A stretch of DNA of 63,086 nucleotides, counting the filler, from Olpidium bornovanus S191 (taxonomy: Eukaryota > Fungi > Olpidiomycota), in NCBI GenBank assembly GCA_017911155.1. It is 31 parts of 31 records of this genome, joined end to end, with 100 filler letters (N's around TTAATTAATTAA, not from the genome) between each part and the next. Parts side by side here need not be neighbours in the genome. Positions count along the whole stretch, not along the records: positions 1 to 1,212 come from JAEFCI010011754.1; positions 1,313 to 3,116 come from JAEFCI010003786.1; positions 3,217 to 4,547 come from JAEFCI010010506.1; positions 4,648 to 5,730 come from JAEFCI010011748.1; positions 5,831 to 7,535 come from JAEFCI010000132.1; positions 7,636 to 8,825 come from JAEFCI010005665.1; positions 8,926 to 11,647 come from JAEFCI010007717.1; 24 more parts are not named here. The stretch is one strand, 5' to 3'. This document shows, piece after piece, positions 1 to 11,517 of this stretch. Position 1 is the first letter of the stretch. Every line of letters begins with the position of its first letter. Under the pieces are notes generated by a model. The model searched no databases. It had not been told where the DNA came from and was given only the letters and a program-made list of their open reading frames with translations. The translations under genes were made by a program, and so were the position numbers.

Positions 1-241
1 ACCGCGGCGCGCTAGGTGAGGGCACCTGCGCGTCGCCTCCCCTGAGCGCGGCGGACTTCGGCTTGACCGGCGGCTTCAGACTGCCGTCGCCCGACGAGAG
101 GCTGGAAACCGACGCCGAGCGTGAGAGGGCCTCGGCGGCCTGTTGCTCGAAGCCGGCCAGCAACTGGGAGTTCAGCTTTCCCGTCCTCTCCGGCGCGTCA
201 CCCGGGTCATCGGCCGGACGCCGCGTACCAGCAAAGGCGAG
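1..241 (-). CDS. possible internal exon of a Ser/Pro-rich hypothetical protein (partial)
   Basis: After a CAG acceptor at 244-242 the minus strand is open to the contig end (LAFAGTRRPADDPGDAPERTGKLNSQLLAGFEQQAAEALSRSASVSSLSSGDGSLKPPVKPK). No family recognised. Confidence 0.3.
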
Positions 242-1312
242 CTGTTGCCATACATAGCCTGCCAGAATGATACTCAGATGCTTTACTTTTTCATATCAGT
301 ACTTACATATCCGCAGTGTCGTCCCTCCAGCATTTCTGGGAAGATTTGGAGTAAAGCGTGTCTCCATGAAAATTATTTCCATGAAAAATATCCCCAGTTA
401 CACACCCTCGGCGCTTTCGCCAGAAGACAGAGACATCGGGGCAATTTGCGTTGGATATTACAACACAAGGAGGGACATGGATATCGTGCGTCTCATTGAA
501 CATATCGTTGGAATTCATGAGTCAGCACCATCTGACGCGAAGATTGAGCGTGCTACCAGGGCGACATAAGGCGTTCTTTTCGAGAGACATGCCGAAGTCA
601 AAAACTCCTGGCAGTACCAGCTTGCCATTAAACAACTGCGGGATGCAAGTGATGACTGATTGGATGGTTCACAGGCATGGTGCATGCTTGCATGGCTGCT
701 TCTTTTCCTTTCCAGTTTGCCGCCTTTCCTCGCGGGTCATCTGAGCGCCCTTCGGGAGTGTGCGGCCAGCAGGTTTCAACGAAGCCTGGCTGGTCCGGGG
801 GGGAATGGCATTTCAACTGCCAGTCCTGCAGGTCCTGCAACCCCGTCGTTTGACCTCGCGTCGCCGTCGGGCGGGGTTTTACCAAGGGATGTGGGCGAGA
901 GAAAAGAAGGCAGCGACCTAGATCGCCCTTTGGAGCCCCGTCCTTGGTGATCCCGGATCGGACTTTGCCCCTTCGGGGTGGTTGGTCCACGGCCACTCTG
1001 CCGAGTGGTCGTCCTTAGCCTGCAGCGTGGGTCATCGCCAGATGACTCCGGCCCCAAAGCCATGCAAGAGTGGTGCTACTTAATGAGATTTTATGTTTCA
1101 TAGTTTTTGCTAACCAGTTCCTCCTCACCAGCGTTTTTGTGAGCGCATCCAAAAGGCCATCAAGCATTACCGCAAAACCGGCAAGCGTAAACTAGGAACA
1201 AGCCGTGGCAGGNNNNNNNNNNNNNNNNNNNNNNNNNNNNNNNNNNNNNNNNNNNNTTAATTAATTAANNNNNNNNNNNNNNNNNNNNNNNNNNNNNNNN
1301 NNNNNNNNNNNN

Positions 1313-2800
1313 CATGACGGCGTCTGGAACGACAAAATTTGAGAACACGCCGGCGCACACGCAGGCGGTGCCACACCGCGCAGTCACTCCACAGTCCCCG
1401 GGCATACCTTCGAGATCCCCGTATTCGTCCAGACTTCCATCCGTTTCGCTATCCGCGGAGGTTCCGCGCTCCACGTGGCTCCGGCCGTCGCTGCCGCCGG
1501 CAGCGATATTCCAGCGCTGCGAGTCGGTCGGCGTTTTGCCTCGTGCGAGGTAGTTATGGTTAACCCAGAGCCTAAAAGCTTTCCAGTTTGGGTCGTTTTC
1601 CAAGAAGGCCTTGACCGGGTCTGGCGCACACGCGGGCGCCGCCACGCCGCCACCGGCACTCCTCAGCGCAATACCTTCTTCCGGTCCACTCTCTTCGTCC
1701 GAACTTTCGGATGCTTGAACTGACGAGGTCTCGCGTTCCGCGCGTCGTTCGACGCCAGTGACGTTCCCGAGCTGCAGACCAATCGGCGCAGCGCTCCAGG
1801 CGGCCGGCGTAAAGTTCTGCGCGTCGTCGAGAAGGGGCGGCGACGGCGAACGCGTATCGCCGGGCTCGAAGTTTCCCGTTTCGTCACCAGACGCGGCGGC
1901 GGGCGTTTCTGAGCGCGAGCTCCATTCGGAGGAAAAGTCGCTTTGGAGCGGTGCTGGGCGCACGCGGGCGTCGGGCGACGGCGAACGCGTCTCGCCGGGT
2001 TCGAAGTTTCCCGCTTCGTCACCAGACGCGGCGGCGGGCGTTTCAGAGCGCGAGCTCCAGTCGTCGTCCGAAGAAACGTCGCTTTGGAGCGGTGCCGGGC
2101 ACACGCGGGCGGCGTCAGGCGACGGCGAACGCGTCTCGCCAGGCTCGAATTTTCCCGCTTCGTTACCAGACGCGGCGGCGGGCGTTTCAGAGCGCGAGCT
2201 CCAGTCGTCGTCCGAAGTAAAGTCGCTTTGGGGCGGTGCCGGGCGCACGCGGGTGTCGGGAGACGGCGAACGCATATCGCCGGGCTCGAAGTTTCCCGCT
2301 TCGTCACCAGGCGCTGCGGCGGGCGTTTCTGAGCGCGAGCTCCAGTCGTCGTCCGAAGAAAGGTCGCTTTGGAGCGGTGCCGGGCACACGCGGGCGGCGT
2401 CGGGCGACGGCGAACGCGTTTTGCCGGGCTCGAAGTGTCCCGCTTCGTCACCAGACGCGGCGGCGGGCATTTTAGAGCGCGAGCTCCAGTCGTCCTCCGA
2501 GGAAAAGTCGCTTTGGAGCGGTGCCGGGCGCACGCGGGCGTCGGGCGACGGCGGGGAAAGGTTCCTCAGCCAGCTGAGGCCGCGGAACTGCGCGGGGACA
2601 AGAGTAGGCAGACCGTAGGCCCCCGGCGGGACCATAGTCGCCAGATAATAGGCGAGCTCCTGCAGCGTCCCCTTGGGGGACGGGCGCGGGACGTCGGGGA
2701 CAGGCGGACCGTAGGGCCCCGGCGGGACCAGAGTCGCCAAGTAGTCGGCGAGCTCCTGCAGCGTCCCCTTGGGGGACGGGTGCGGGGTGGCGGGGAACAT
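1313..2800 (-). CDS. repeat-rich acidic Ser/Pro hypothetical protein (3' partial)
   Basis: Long open frame with a candidate ATG at 2800 (MFPATPHPSPK). It has two 32-aa repeats and five 45-48-aa repeats, and all unit lengths are multiples of 3. Confidence 0.55.
1841..2560 (-). repeat. tandem repeat, about 5 units of 135-144 bp, plus an adjacent 2 x 96-bp repeat (about 2611-2800)
   Basis: The anchor motif (c/a)gacggcg recurs at 1841, 1976, 2120, 2261, 2405 and 2546 (spacing 135, 144, 141, 144, 141). Confidence 0.95.
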
Positions 2801-3304
2801 ACTGCGGCCACCGCTGCACGCGGCGGAAGCCGGACGCGTCGTCGGAACCGGCCGCGCGAGACGGCTGCGCGGCAGCCGGCGGAGGAAAGGCGCTCGCGGG
2901 CGGTGCCGGGTGGGAGAAGGTCGTGGTTGGTCGGTCGGGGCGAGAGCGGTGCTCGTGGTCGAGAGAGGCGGGGGCGGGCTGCGGAGGGCGGGGAGGCGGT
3001 GCAAAAGGGCAAAAAAAAAACAAAAAAGAAAAAAACAAAAAAGAAAAAAACAAAAAAAAACACAAAAAAAAAACACAAAAAAAAACAAAAAAAAAAAAAA
3101 ACAAAAAAAGAAAAAANNNNNNNNNNNNNNNNNNNNNNNNNNNNNNNNNNNNNNNNNNNNTTAATTAATTAANNNNNNNNNNNNNNNNNNNNNNNNNNNN
3201 NNNNNNNNNNNNNNNNCCATGCCGTACTGGTGCAACATTTCTTGTAAAAGATGCTGCGCAATTTGACTCGGGATTGTGGATATTCCATGCGGGCGCAAGG
3301 GGCA

Positions 3305-3335
<31 letters not shown>

Positions 3336-3338
3336 AAG

Positions 3339-4535
3339 CCAAGGCCTTTTACCAACGAGCAGGCATTCACAATTCGAATTACAGACCTGACAGACCGGCA
3401 GGACCGGCTGACAAAGTTGGCGCAGCTGGTCTCGCAGCTTCCCTTGGCCAACTACACCCTGCTGCGGGTGTTGATCGCACACCTGATCAATGTGGTCGCG
3501 CACTCGTCGGAGAACAAGATGACGGCGCGCAACATCGGGATTGTCTTCTCGCCGACTCTGGGCATCCCGGCGGGCTTATTTGCCTTGATGATGACGCACT
3601 TCGAGCACGTGTTCGGTACCGACGACGGCGGCGGCAACGAGGAAGCCGACGGCCGCCGGCAGCAGAAGACGAGGTCTGACGCCGTCAAGGCCGCGCGGTC
3701 GGCGGGGAAGCTGAGAGTCCACGCGGACCCCGCCGCGTCCATCGGACAACGGCCGAGATCCTCGGGGGCGAATGCGAGGGATTCGCTCGCGTCGCCGGGG
3801 CCGAGGTCCGCGGGGGTGATGTCCTACGTCGAGTCGAAGAGAGAACAAGCCGCTGCAACGGTTGCCGCGGTTGCGGGCGCTCAGGCGGCGGCAGCGGCGG
3901 CGGATCAACCGCGGGGCGTCGCGGCCGCGCATCCGGCCGACGAACAGGGCAGAAACGACCACGGTGCGTTCGCCGACGCTCAGGGCAGAAGCGACCACGA
4001 TGCGGTCGCGGACGCACAGGGCAGAAACGACCACGATGCGGCCGCGGACGCAGAGGGCAGACACGACCGCGATGCGGTCGCGAAAATGAGAGTGCTCGCC
4101 GCGGCAATGGACGCCGGTCTGCAGATGATAGAACGCGAGCGGGCGGAGAGGCGGGAGCGCCTGGCGGAACACAAGGCCGGGCACCGCGAAGCAGAGGCCA
4201 CGACGCCGGATGTCACGAAAATGAAAGAACTCGTTGCGGCGATGGACGCCGGCCTGCAGATGAAAGAACGCGAGCGGAGGGAGAAGCGCGAGCGCCTGGT
4301 GGAACAAAACGCCGGGCACCGCGAAGGAGAGGCCGCGACGCCGGAACCGGCGGCGGCGTGGGGCGCCGCGTCACCCGCAGGTTACGACGGTGACGATTGG
4401 CCGAGCAAACGCAACAGCGTCAGCTTCATGGCTGCCGCGCCGCCGGATGTTGTCGAGAGGGAACAGGGCATATTTGGAGGTAGTTTCCCCACCTTTTACT
4501 CCCCGACCTATCGACGCACTCTCCCTGCTTTTTAA
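3339..4535 (+). CDS. RhoGAP-domain protein, C-terminal exon (Bem3-like)
   Basis: After a polyT-AG acceptor: LVSQLPLANYTLLRVLIAHLINVVAHSSENKMTARNIGIVFSPTLGIPAGLFALMMTHFEHVF, which is the RhoGAP C-terminal half (NKM..N+.IVF.PTL). Stop at 4533-4535. Confidence 0.85.
   Translation, partial: PRPFTNEQAFTIRITDLTDRQDRLTKLAQLVSQLPLANYTLLRVLIAHLINVVAHSSENKMTARNIGIVFSPTLGIPAGLFALMMTHFEHVFGTDDGGGNEEADGRRQQKTRSDAVKAARSAGKLRVHADPAASIGQRPRSSGANARDSLASPGPRSAGVMSYVESKREQAAATVAAVAGAQAAAAAADQPRGVAAAHPADEQGRNDHGAFADAQGRSDHDAVADAQGRNDHDAAADAEGRHDRDAVAKMRVLAAAMDAGLQMIERERAERRERLAEHKAGHREAEATTPDVTKMKELVAAMDAGLQMKERERREKRERLVEQNAGHREGEAATPEPAAAWGAASPAGYDGDDWPSKRNSVSFMAAAPPDVVEREQGIFGGSFPTFYSPTYRRTLPAF
3945..4350 (+). 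repeat. coding tandem repeats in the RhoGAP tail: 4 x 36 bp then 2 x 135 bp
   Basis: cagggcaga-type units at 3945, 3981, 4017 and 4053 (QGRNDHDAxADA). KM..L.AAMDAGLQM.ERER units at 4083 and 4218. Confidence 0.9.
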
Positions 4536-4660
4536 AACGCATTTTTANNNNNNNNNNNNNNNNNNNNNNNNNNNNNNNNNNNNNNNNNNNNTTAATTAAT
4601 TAANNNNNNNNNNNNNNNNNNNNNNNNNNNNNNNNNNNNNNNNNNNNACAACAGGAGCAG

Positions 4661-5632
4661 GTGGCCGGGCTGGCCGACGCCGGGCAGGACCCGGTCCTGC
4701 CGCCGCCGCCGTCGTCGCGGGCGCAGCCGGGCGAAAACGACGGCGCAGCCTTCACCAAGCCGTTCATGCGGTCCTTTTGCCGCTTGCAGAGCCAGACGGG
4801 GCTGCGCCTGTCGCCGAGCGGCCTGCACCTCGACCGCGTTATCGAGATCCGGTTCAACGAAGGCGGCTCGACGTTCACCACAATAAAGACCGAAGAGGAG
4901 CTGCAGACGCCGTCGTCCGCCTCGGACGATGACGGCAGGCCGTCGCCCGACTCGGAATCACGAGGAGGGGACAGACCGCTACCTTCGGACGCAATCGGAG
5001 CGCCGTATCACTCCGCCCCGAAGGGGGGCACCGCGGACGGCGAAACCGGCCAATTGGCGTCGACAGGTTCCCAAGTTCGGAATGGGACCGGGGATCCGGG
5101 ATCCGCAGCAGAGCGACAACAGCGCACGCCGCGAGGCATGGCGAGGGTTCTGGTGTTCGTGTGTCCGATGCGCACGGCCAGCTCGCCTAGGCCAGCGACT
5201 CTCAACGTGGAGCGGTTCGCCATGTTCCCGCTGCCGCTGTTCGAGAGCATGTGCCACCACACGTACAACTCGGCCGTGTACGATCCGTTCCGCCGGACGA
5301 TGATTTCTCTCCAGGAGACGATATGCGTCCTCCAGTCCGAACTGAAGTTCTGCCTGGCGAAGAGCGGCTACCCGGACATCACCGATAACACCCTGGACGA
5401 GAGATACCGCCACGCGCAGCAGATGGGCGCGCTGGCCGACAAGGCGAGGCGGATAAAAATGGCGATGTCTATCCTGGAAGAGGAGCTGGCCAATCTGAAC
5501 AGCAACTGGCGGAAAATGAACTGGTGTATGAAGCTGATATTATGGGTTGGCAGGCGGCACAGCCTTGAGTTCCGAACAGTCTTTAGCGCCGTGGCAACTC
5601 CAGTGACAGCAGCCAGCATCAAGAGCATCTAG
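4661..5632 (+). CDS. hypothetical protein fragment
   Basis: 323-aa open frame with protein-like helical segments (ETICVLQSELKFCLAK, RIKMAMSILEEELANLNSNW). May include unspliced intron sequence. Family not recognised. Confidence 0.45.
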   Translation: MAGLADAGQDPVLPPPPSSRAQPGENDGAAFTKPFMRSFCRLQSQTGLRLSPSGLHLDRVIEIRFNEGGSTFTTIKTEEELQTPSSASDDDGRPSPDSESRGGDRPLPSDAIGAPYHSAPKGGTADGETGQLASTGSQVRNGTGDPGSAAERQQRTPRGMARVLVFVCPMRTASSPRPATLNVERFAMFPLPLFESMCHHTYNSAVYDPFRRTMISLQETICVLQSELKFCLAKSGYPDITDNTLDERYRHAQQMGALADKARRIKMAMSILEEELANLNSNWRKMNWCMKLILWVGRRHSLEFRTVFSAVATPVTAASIKSI

Positions 5633-7637
5633 CACTCGGGGTGGTGTATGCGAAACATCACCTTCCCAGCAAATACTGACATATACACCCACGGTATTTT
5701 ATACTCCCGTTACCTGATTGATTGTCATGCNNNNNNNNNNNNNNNNNNNNNNNNNNNNNNNNNNNNNNNNNNNNTTAATTAATTAANNNNNNNNNNNNNN
5801 NNNNNNNNNNNNNNNNNNNNNNNNNNNNNNAGAGCCGAGAACAGCGTCGTGCCGTCCTGGAGGTTAAGGGCCGCCTCTGTTCAGTTTTCGAGGGTTCGCA
5901 AAAACACCCGCGCGCACGGGGGACGGAGGGGAGGAGGAGGTGGGGGGGGGGGGGGGGGGCGGCGGGGGGGGGGAGGGGGGGGGGGGGGGGGGGACGAGCG
6001 CAAAGTTCACACAACACGCACACACCTATGATGCGGAGCGCGTCCTCGGTGTTCTCGACGTTGCCTGACGACCACGGCAGCAGGTTGACCAAGGCGGGCA
6101 AGCAAGCGAGATCGGCGGGGGGGGAAGCGGCCGCGCGGGGGGGGCAAGTGTGCGCGGGGAGGTTGAGCCCGCGGGGATGGCGGGGAGTTGGGGGCGGCCG
6201 GGGGGGAGAGAAGGGGAGGGTGTGCGTGTGTGGCGGGGGAGTCCCGCGGGGGCCGGCCGGGCGTGGCGCGGGGCCGCCCTTTCCGGCGGGCGCCGAGTGA
6301 TTGATTTGCCATCACCGTGTGCGCGAGAGCGCCGGACCGAAAGAACGCGCCCCCGCCGCCTCCCTCAACGCCCCGCGGAGGGAAGAAGGCGCCCGTCGGC
6401 CGGCGGCTCTCACCGTAGAACGTCTCTCGACCGGCAGGACCGCGGCGGCGCGCGGCCCTGCGGGCCATTGTGGTCGTGCGGCCGGGGGTGGCGCTGCGAA
6501 AGCCCGCCCCGCCGCCTTTTTGTACCCGTGCTGCTGCGCGCGCGGGCTCTCTAATTTCATCCGAGGGCGCTTCCCCGTCGAAGAATAATAAAAAAACCCC
6601 CCACAATTCCTGGGTGTCACTTCCGTCGCGCTTCAGGCGGCGCCAAAAAGCCCGGGGGGACGGTGTAAAAACGTTTGGACGCTGCGTATTGAGAGGGGGG
6701 AGGGCGGGCGGGAGAGGGAAATGGTGTTGCAAAGTGGCGCCGAGAGTATTCGAGGTCCCGCAGACTGAGACGCGGTGAACCCGTAAGACGGAAGAAGGGA
6801 AGAAAACTGTACTGGTGGCGTCGCTTCTCTCGGCGAGGCGTATTTTATATGGCGGGCATCTAAAGATTCTACAAGGGGATAACAGGGGCTGGTGCGCGCA
6901 GTGTACCAGCTGCTCAGCTTCACTCTTTATTTTACACGTTTTTTTCAACAGGTGGGGCGCAATCTTTGTGCTGACGCCGCCTTGAAGAAAAACCAAGTTT
7001 CCGCCGAGCGGAAACACTCCGGCCTCCCAGCCTCTCTCCTCTTTTTCGCTCTTTCGCTTGCCCTCCTCCTTGCTGTGAATTGACAGGTACCATTAGATGA
7101 TGCAGCCCGGGATCTCCTAATGGGTTGGCAATGGCGGGACAGGTTGGGTATTGGCAGGCAAAAGGGTGTGGGGAAGGGGGAAAAATGAGGCAGACGCGCC
7201 TGTAGCAACGCAGCCTGGCGGGAGGGGCGACCCGTAAACAACGTCCGAGAGGCAGAAAAAAAAAGCCCCAGCACATCAACCCGGCAAAACAAAAGAAAAT
7301 GCCCGACCCAGACAAGGGAGGGGGAAGGGGGAGACAGGCACGTCGAAAACGTCGTTTCCGCGTGTGGCGTGATTGTCCAGTACAAGGCCCTCTTTCTCTA
7401 TTGTTCCCGTTCCATTTTTGTGTTGGTGTTCCCTGGAAAAAGAACGAGGCCGTTTTGAAAGGTCGACAAGATAGGGGCAGGAGAGCGGGAAAGCGGGTCC
7501 ACTGGGGGCGCTGGGCGGTGGTTGGCCGGCGAGGGNNNNNNNNNNNNNNNNNNNNNNNNNNNNNNNNNNNNNNNNNNNNTTAATTAATTAANNNNNNNNN
7601 NNNNNNNNNNNNNNNNNNNNNNNNNNNNNNNNNNNCC

Positions 7638-8004
7638 CGCCAGTATTACGAAGAGAAGATGAAAGACATAAATTATGCGCGCGAGTATGTGTTGAACGAG
7701 GTACGTTTTTTCTCCCGCTAATTACCGGATGGCGCTTCGAAAGAGGCCTTTCTTTTCCAGTGAATCCACTGCCAAATTCACGCCACTTGTCCGATCTCAA
7801 TAGATGGAGGTGGCTGAGATGATCAAGAAGAGGCAAAAGTTCGACGAGGGCACCGTCAACGTCAGGCAAGAGATCGCGCGCCTGGCACATTTACGCGGCT
7901 GCGCGAAGCTCGAGGGAGATATGCAGGAATTCGAACGGCTCGGGCAAGAGTTGCAGAAGTTCGGTCACCTTTATAAAAACGACAAGCCCAGCCTTTACGT
8001 GTAA
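7638..8004 (+). CDS. last two exons of a helical hypothetical protein
   Basis: Exon 7638-7700 (RQYYEEKMKDINYAREYVLNE), GT-AG intron 7701-7803, exon 7804-8004 in frame and ending in TAA. Confidence 0.6.
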
Positions 8005-9068
8005 AGACCGTTTGATACATACCCACAACACACAGGCATGCCGCCCCGTCGGGGAATATAGCAAAAGCCGAGGCTATTTTTACAGGATGTTTGCCCTTTG
8101 TTTCTTTCGATTTTGTTCACTGATTGGTACGTGAAGGTGCGGTCCTTCGGCTAAAGGGGGTTGAGTACTGGTTACAACCTACCGGTCGCACGGCCGGATT
8201 CGCGGGAGCGATCCCCGACCACAAAAGTTCGAGCAACAAACAAAGCAGCTGTTTCGCTTCCCTCTGCAGTGAAATCGCTGCCAGCTGAAACGCACATCCT
8301 TACGGCACGGGAAGAGAGAGTGCCTTTTGCGTTCCCAGTCGCCCAGCCTAATATTTTACCACGCGGAGGGTTTGGGCCTCGCGCGAAGGAAGGGGAGGGG
8401 GGAGGTGGGAAGCAGCGGCGGCGTTCCCCGGCCTTTCCGCATAAATAAATGGCGACAACGGTGCAGAGAAGGTATAATTTGAAATAGCGACGCCCACACT
8501 TTCCGCCTCCACTTCATGTTACATGCTGCGCGACAGCTTGCTGCGCTCGCCGCTCTCACGGGCTCAACGGTTCAACTCCTCTGCGTGTGTAACCCGTTGG
8601 CCGGGTTAAAAGAAGCAGGGCAGCGGAAGTACAAGCCACAATGGCGGTTCGCACAGTGCACGCGGTTTTGCCACGGCCCGTCTCATCACTTCGTTCGCGG
8701 AGGTGTTGGATTTTTGACTGCAAAGCGCGTTTCTCTCTCTTTCTCTCTCTCTTTTTGTCGGAGCGCACGCACGGGGTGGGGGGGGGAAGGAGGAGAGCGA
8801 TCACCAGCGGGGGGGGGGGGGGGAANNNNNNNNNNNNNNNNNNNNNNNNNNNNNNNNNNNNNNNNNNNNTTAATTAATTAANNNNNNNNNNNNNNNNNNN
8901 NNNNNNNNNNNNNNNNNNNNNNNNNACGGAATCCGACGAAGTGCGTAGAACCGTCTGCTGTCACAATATAACCCGTTTGAAATAAACTCCTTCCCGCTCC
9001 ACCCCCGCAATAAACCACATCGCTTGCGCCGGCACCATTCTGCATGTCCGTGGCAATAATCGGCCCAA

Positions 9069-10005
9069 TCAAGGGTTGAGCTCCTTCGTGATCCACCCGC
9101 CCGTATCGGACGGTCGCCCTTCATCCTCCAATCTTTCGTACCGCAGGTGCTCGTGTATCCCGCCGTAGACGAGTCGGATGTGGTCGACGGATTCGGGAAA
9201 CAAAACGAGAAGAACAAAGTTCATCATCGCGTCGTGTTCTCCTATGTCGGTCGGCGTGTTTTCTTCATCGGCGTCGCGGGACAGGCGCAGTGGAAAGTCC
9301 TCGGCGCAAGCAGACCGCGGGTGGCCGCCCGGGAGAGGCCACACGAAGGACGCGCGCAAGGCGGGGCCAATCGAGTTCCATACCCGCAAGCGCTCCGCGG
9401 CCGGATCAAAGGGCAGATCCAGGCCCATGTGCGACTTCGCGGCTTCGTGGGAAGGATGGAAGAACGGCACGGTGCGGCCGGATATCCGATACTGGTCGGC
9501 CGTCTGCGAGAGCCACCTTGTGGGACGTTCACGCCGAAACGGTTCAGTGCATTGTGAGAACGCAAGGCTCTCTTGTCGGCGCCAGAACGGAACCTCTCCT
9601 TGATCGACAGTCGAAATCACAGGGAGAGCGGGGGCGCACCAGCAGATCTCGCTCCTCCCGTCGCTGAGGAGATCCGCGACTTTGTCCGTCCGCGAATCGC
9701 AACAGAAAGTCAGACAGCCCGTCTTCTCCTCCCCGCATACCCCGCCGGTCGCCGCGAACCCGCGGAACATGACAGTCCGGACGGCTGGCGCGCCGCTCCC
9801 AGCTTTTGCCGTCGCGAGCTGCACGGCGCCTGTTTAGTGAGCCCATGGTACAGCGCAACATCAGGAACGCCTGCCGTTCGTTCGGCGGGTGCAAAGCAGG
9901 ACGGACGCGCGGAGTTCGGCGTGGTCACCTGCCTGCCAAAATGTTGTGTTGGAGGTTTTTCTTCAAGCTCTTCTCGAGGCCCGCCTTCCACGGCACGCGC
10001 TCCAT
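9069..10005 (-). CDS. pyridoxamine 5'-phosphate oxidase-like FMN-binding protein (Alr4036/Pyridox_oxase_2 type), 3 exons
   Basis: Spliced product MERVPWKAGLEKSLKKN..AVQLAT..PAVRTVMFRGF..DSRTDKV..EICWWLSQTADQYRISG..FVLLVLFPESVDHIRL..ELNP. Introns at 9932-9830 (inferred GC-AG) and 9639-9517. Confidence 0.85.
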
Positions 10006-10118
10006 GTGACGGCGGACGAAGCCTGCAGGCAGCGGTGGCGGCGGTAGTGGCGGCGGGGGGGGCGGGGGGGGGGGGGGGGGGCGGAGGGGGGGGAGGGGGG
10101 GGGGGGGGGGGCGGTGGT

Positions 10119-10146
<28 letters not shown>

Positions 10147-10150
<4 letters not shown>

Positions 10151-11517
10151 CCCCGCCGCCGCCCGACGCGGCTACGAATAGTCCCGTCCATGCGGCAGCG
10201 CCGTCCGCTGGGTACTGCGAGAGCTGTGCGCATCCGGACCACCGCCGGTGGCCTGCGGCGCCCCACAAAGCCAACGCCGGCGCTGCCGGCCTCCGTCACG
10301 CGGCCGCCGCCGCCAAACCGGATGCGGCGGACGAAGCCGCGGACGCCTCGAAAAAGCGAAAAAAGAAGAAGAAAAAAGGCCAGCTGGCGTCGCCCTCCTC
10401 CGCGGGCCGCACCGCCACCCCCTCGTCGGCGCCGGACGGCGCGGGTTCCTCTGCCGGCCCGCGGGCGCCCGACCTCTCCTCGCGTCACCAGCACGTGAAT
10501 CCCAGGCGTGTCGCCGGCACGACGAGGCTGTCTTCGGACGACGGGTTCTGGCAGGACAACACCACCGAGGAGCGCGCCAAGATCCGCGAGTTTTGGCTGC
10601 ACATGGCGGAGAGGGAGAGGCGGATGCTGGTTCAAATAGAGAAGGAGGCCGTTTTGAGAAAAATGAAAGAGCAGCAGAAGCAGGCTTGCTCCTGCGCGAT
10701 ATGCGGGCGAAAACGGTACGTCGGGAGGGGCGGCGTGGAGGGGGAAGAAGGAGGGGGGAAAGTAGGGTGGCCCTCGGCGTCGGCTCCGGCCCCCTTTTCT
10801 TTTCCGAATAGTCACCTCTCTCCCTCGGGGCGTTAACTTTCCTCTGCAGCAACGCGATCGAGGAGGAGCTGGAGGTGCTGTACGACACTTATTACGAAGA
10901 GCTGGAAAACTACGCGAACCAGCACCAGAACTCCGCCGCTCAACAGCCGCGCCAGCCTGCCGCTGCCGTGGCAAACGCTGCCAGTGCGCAACAGGGACAC
11001 TTCCAGCGGCCCGCCCAGTCGCGACACCACAGCAGCAACAGCAACGTCCACCACAACCACCACCACCAGCAGTACGCGCGCCAGCATGCCAACAACCGTC
11101 ACCATTCTCACCCGCAGGAGCGAACTCCGTGCGGCGCGCAGGCGAGGCAGTCGAAAGGGCACCCCCCAATAGACGACGCGGAGGATGACGAGGCGTTCGA
11201 CGACTCGGAGAACGACGAGGAAGACGACGAGGCGGACGAGGAAGACGATGATGAGGACGACGAGGAAGAGGGCGAGGAAGACGAGGAAGAGGGCGAGGAC
11301 GACGATGAGGACGACGGAGAAGACGAGGACGGCAGTTACGACGAGGAGGACGACGGCGTCGACGAGTACGGAAACCCCATTCCTCCTTCCGTCGACGCAC
11401 CTCCGCATAACTGTCCTTGGGCCGCAGGAATGCGGAACGCGCCGGACGGTGCGGACGGGGGCGAAAACGGGACGAACCCTAGCTACTATAACTTTGGAAA
11501 CGCCCTTACCGTGAAAG
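10147..11517 (+). CDS. NST1: stress-response protein NST1, N-terminal fragment
   Basis: EERAKIREFWL..ERRMLVQIEKEAVLRKMKEQQKQACSCAICGRKR|NAIEEELEVLYDTYYEELENYAN (intron 10716-10849), an acidic tract, then NFGNALTVKG before a donor at 11518. Start codon not located. Confidence 0.9.

Noticed and set aside
1257-1268. TTAATTAATTAA as a biological repeat or recombination site
   Set aside because: Always centred in exactly 44+44 N; it is a concatenation linker.
6025-6470. Possible minus-strand exons (MARRAARRRGPAGRETFY.., ..LPALVNLLPWSSGNVENTEDALRII)
   Set aside because: Donors are plausible, but no consistent acceptor chain or family match could be established.
9069-10005. Recent bacterial horizontal transfer of the Alr4036-type oxidase or of the histidine kinase
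   Set aside because: Both have spliceosomal introns and belong to families already widespread in fungi.
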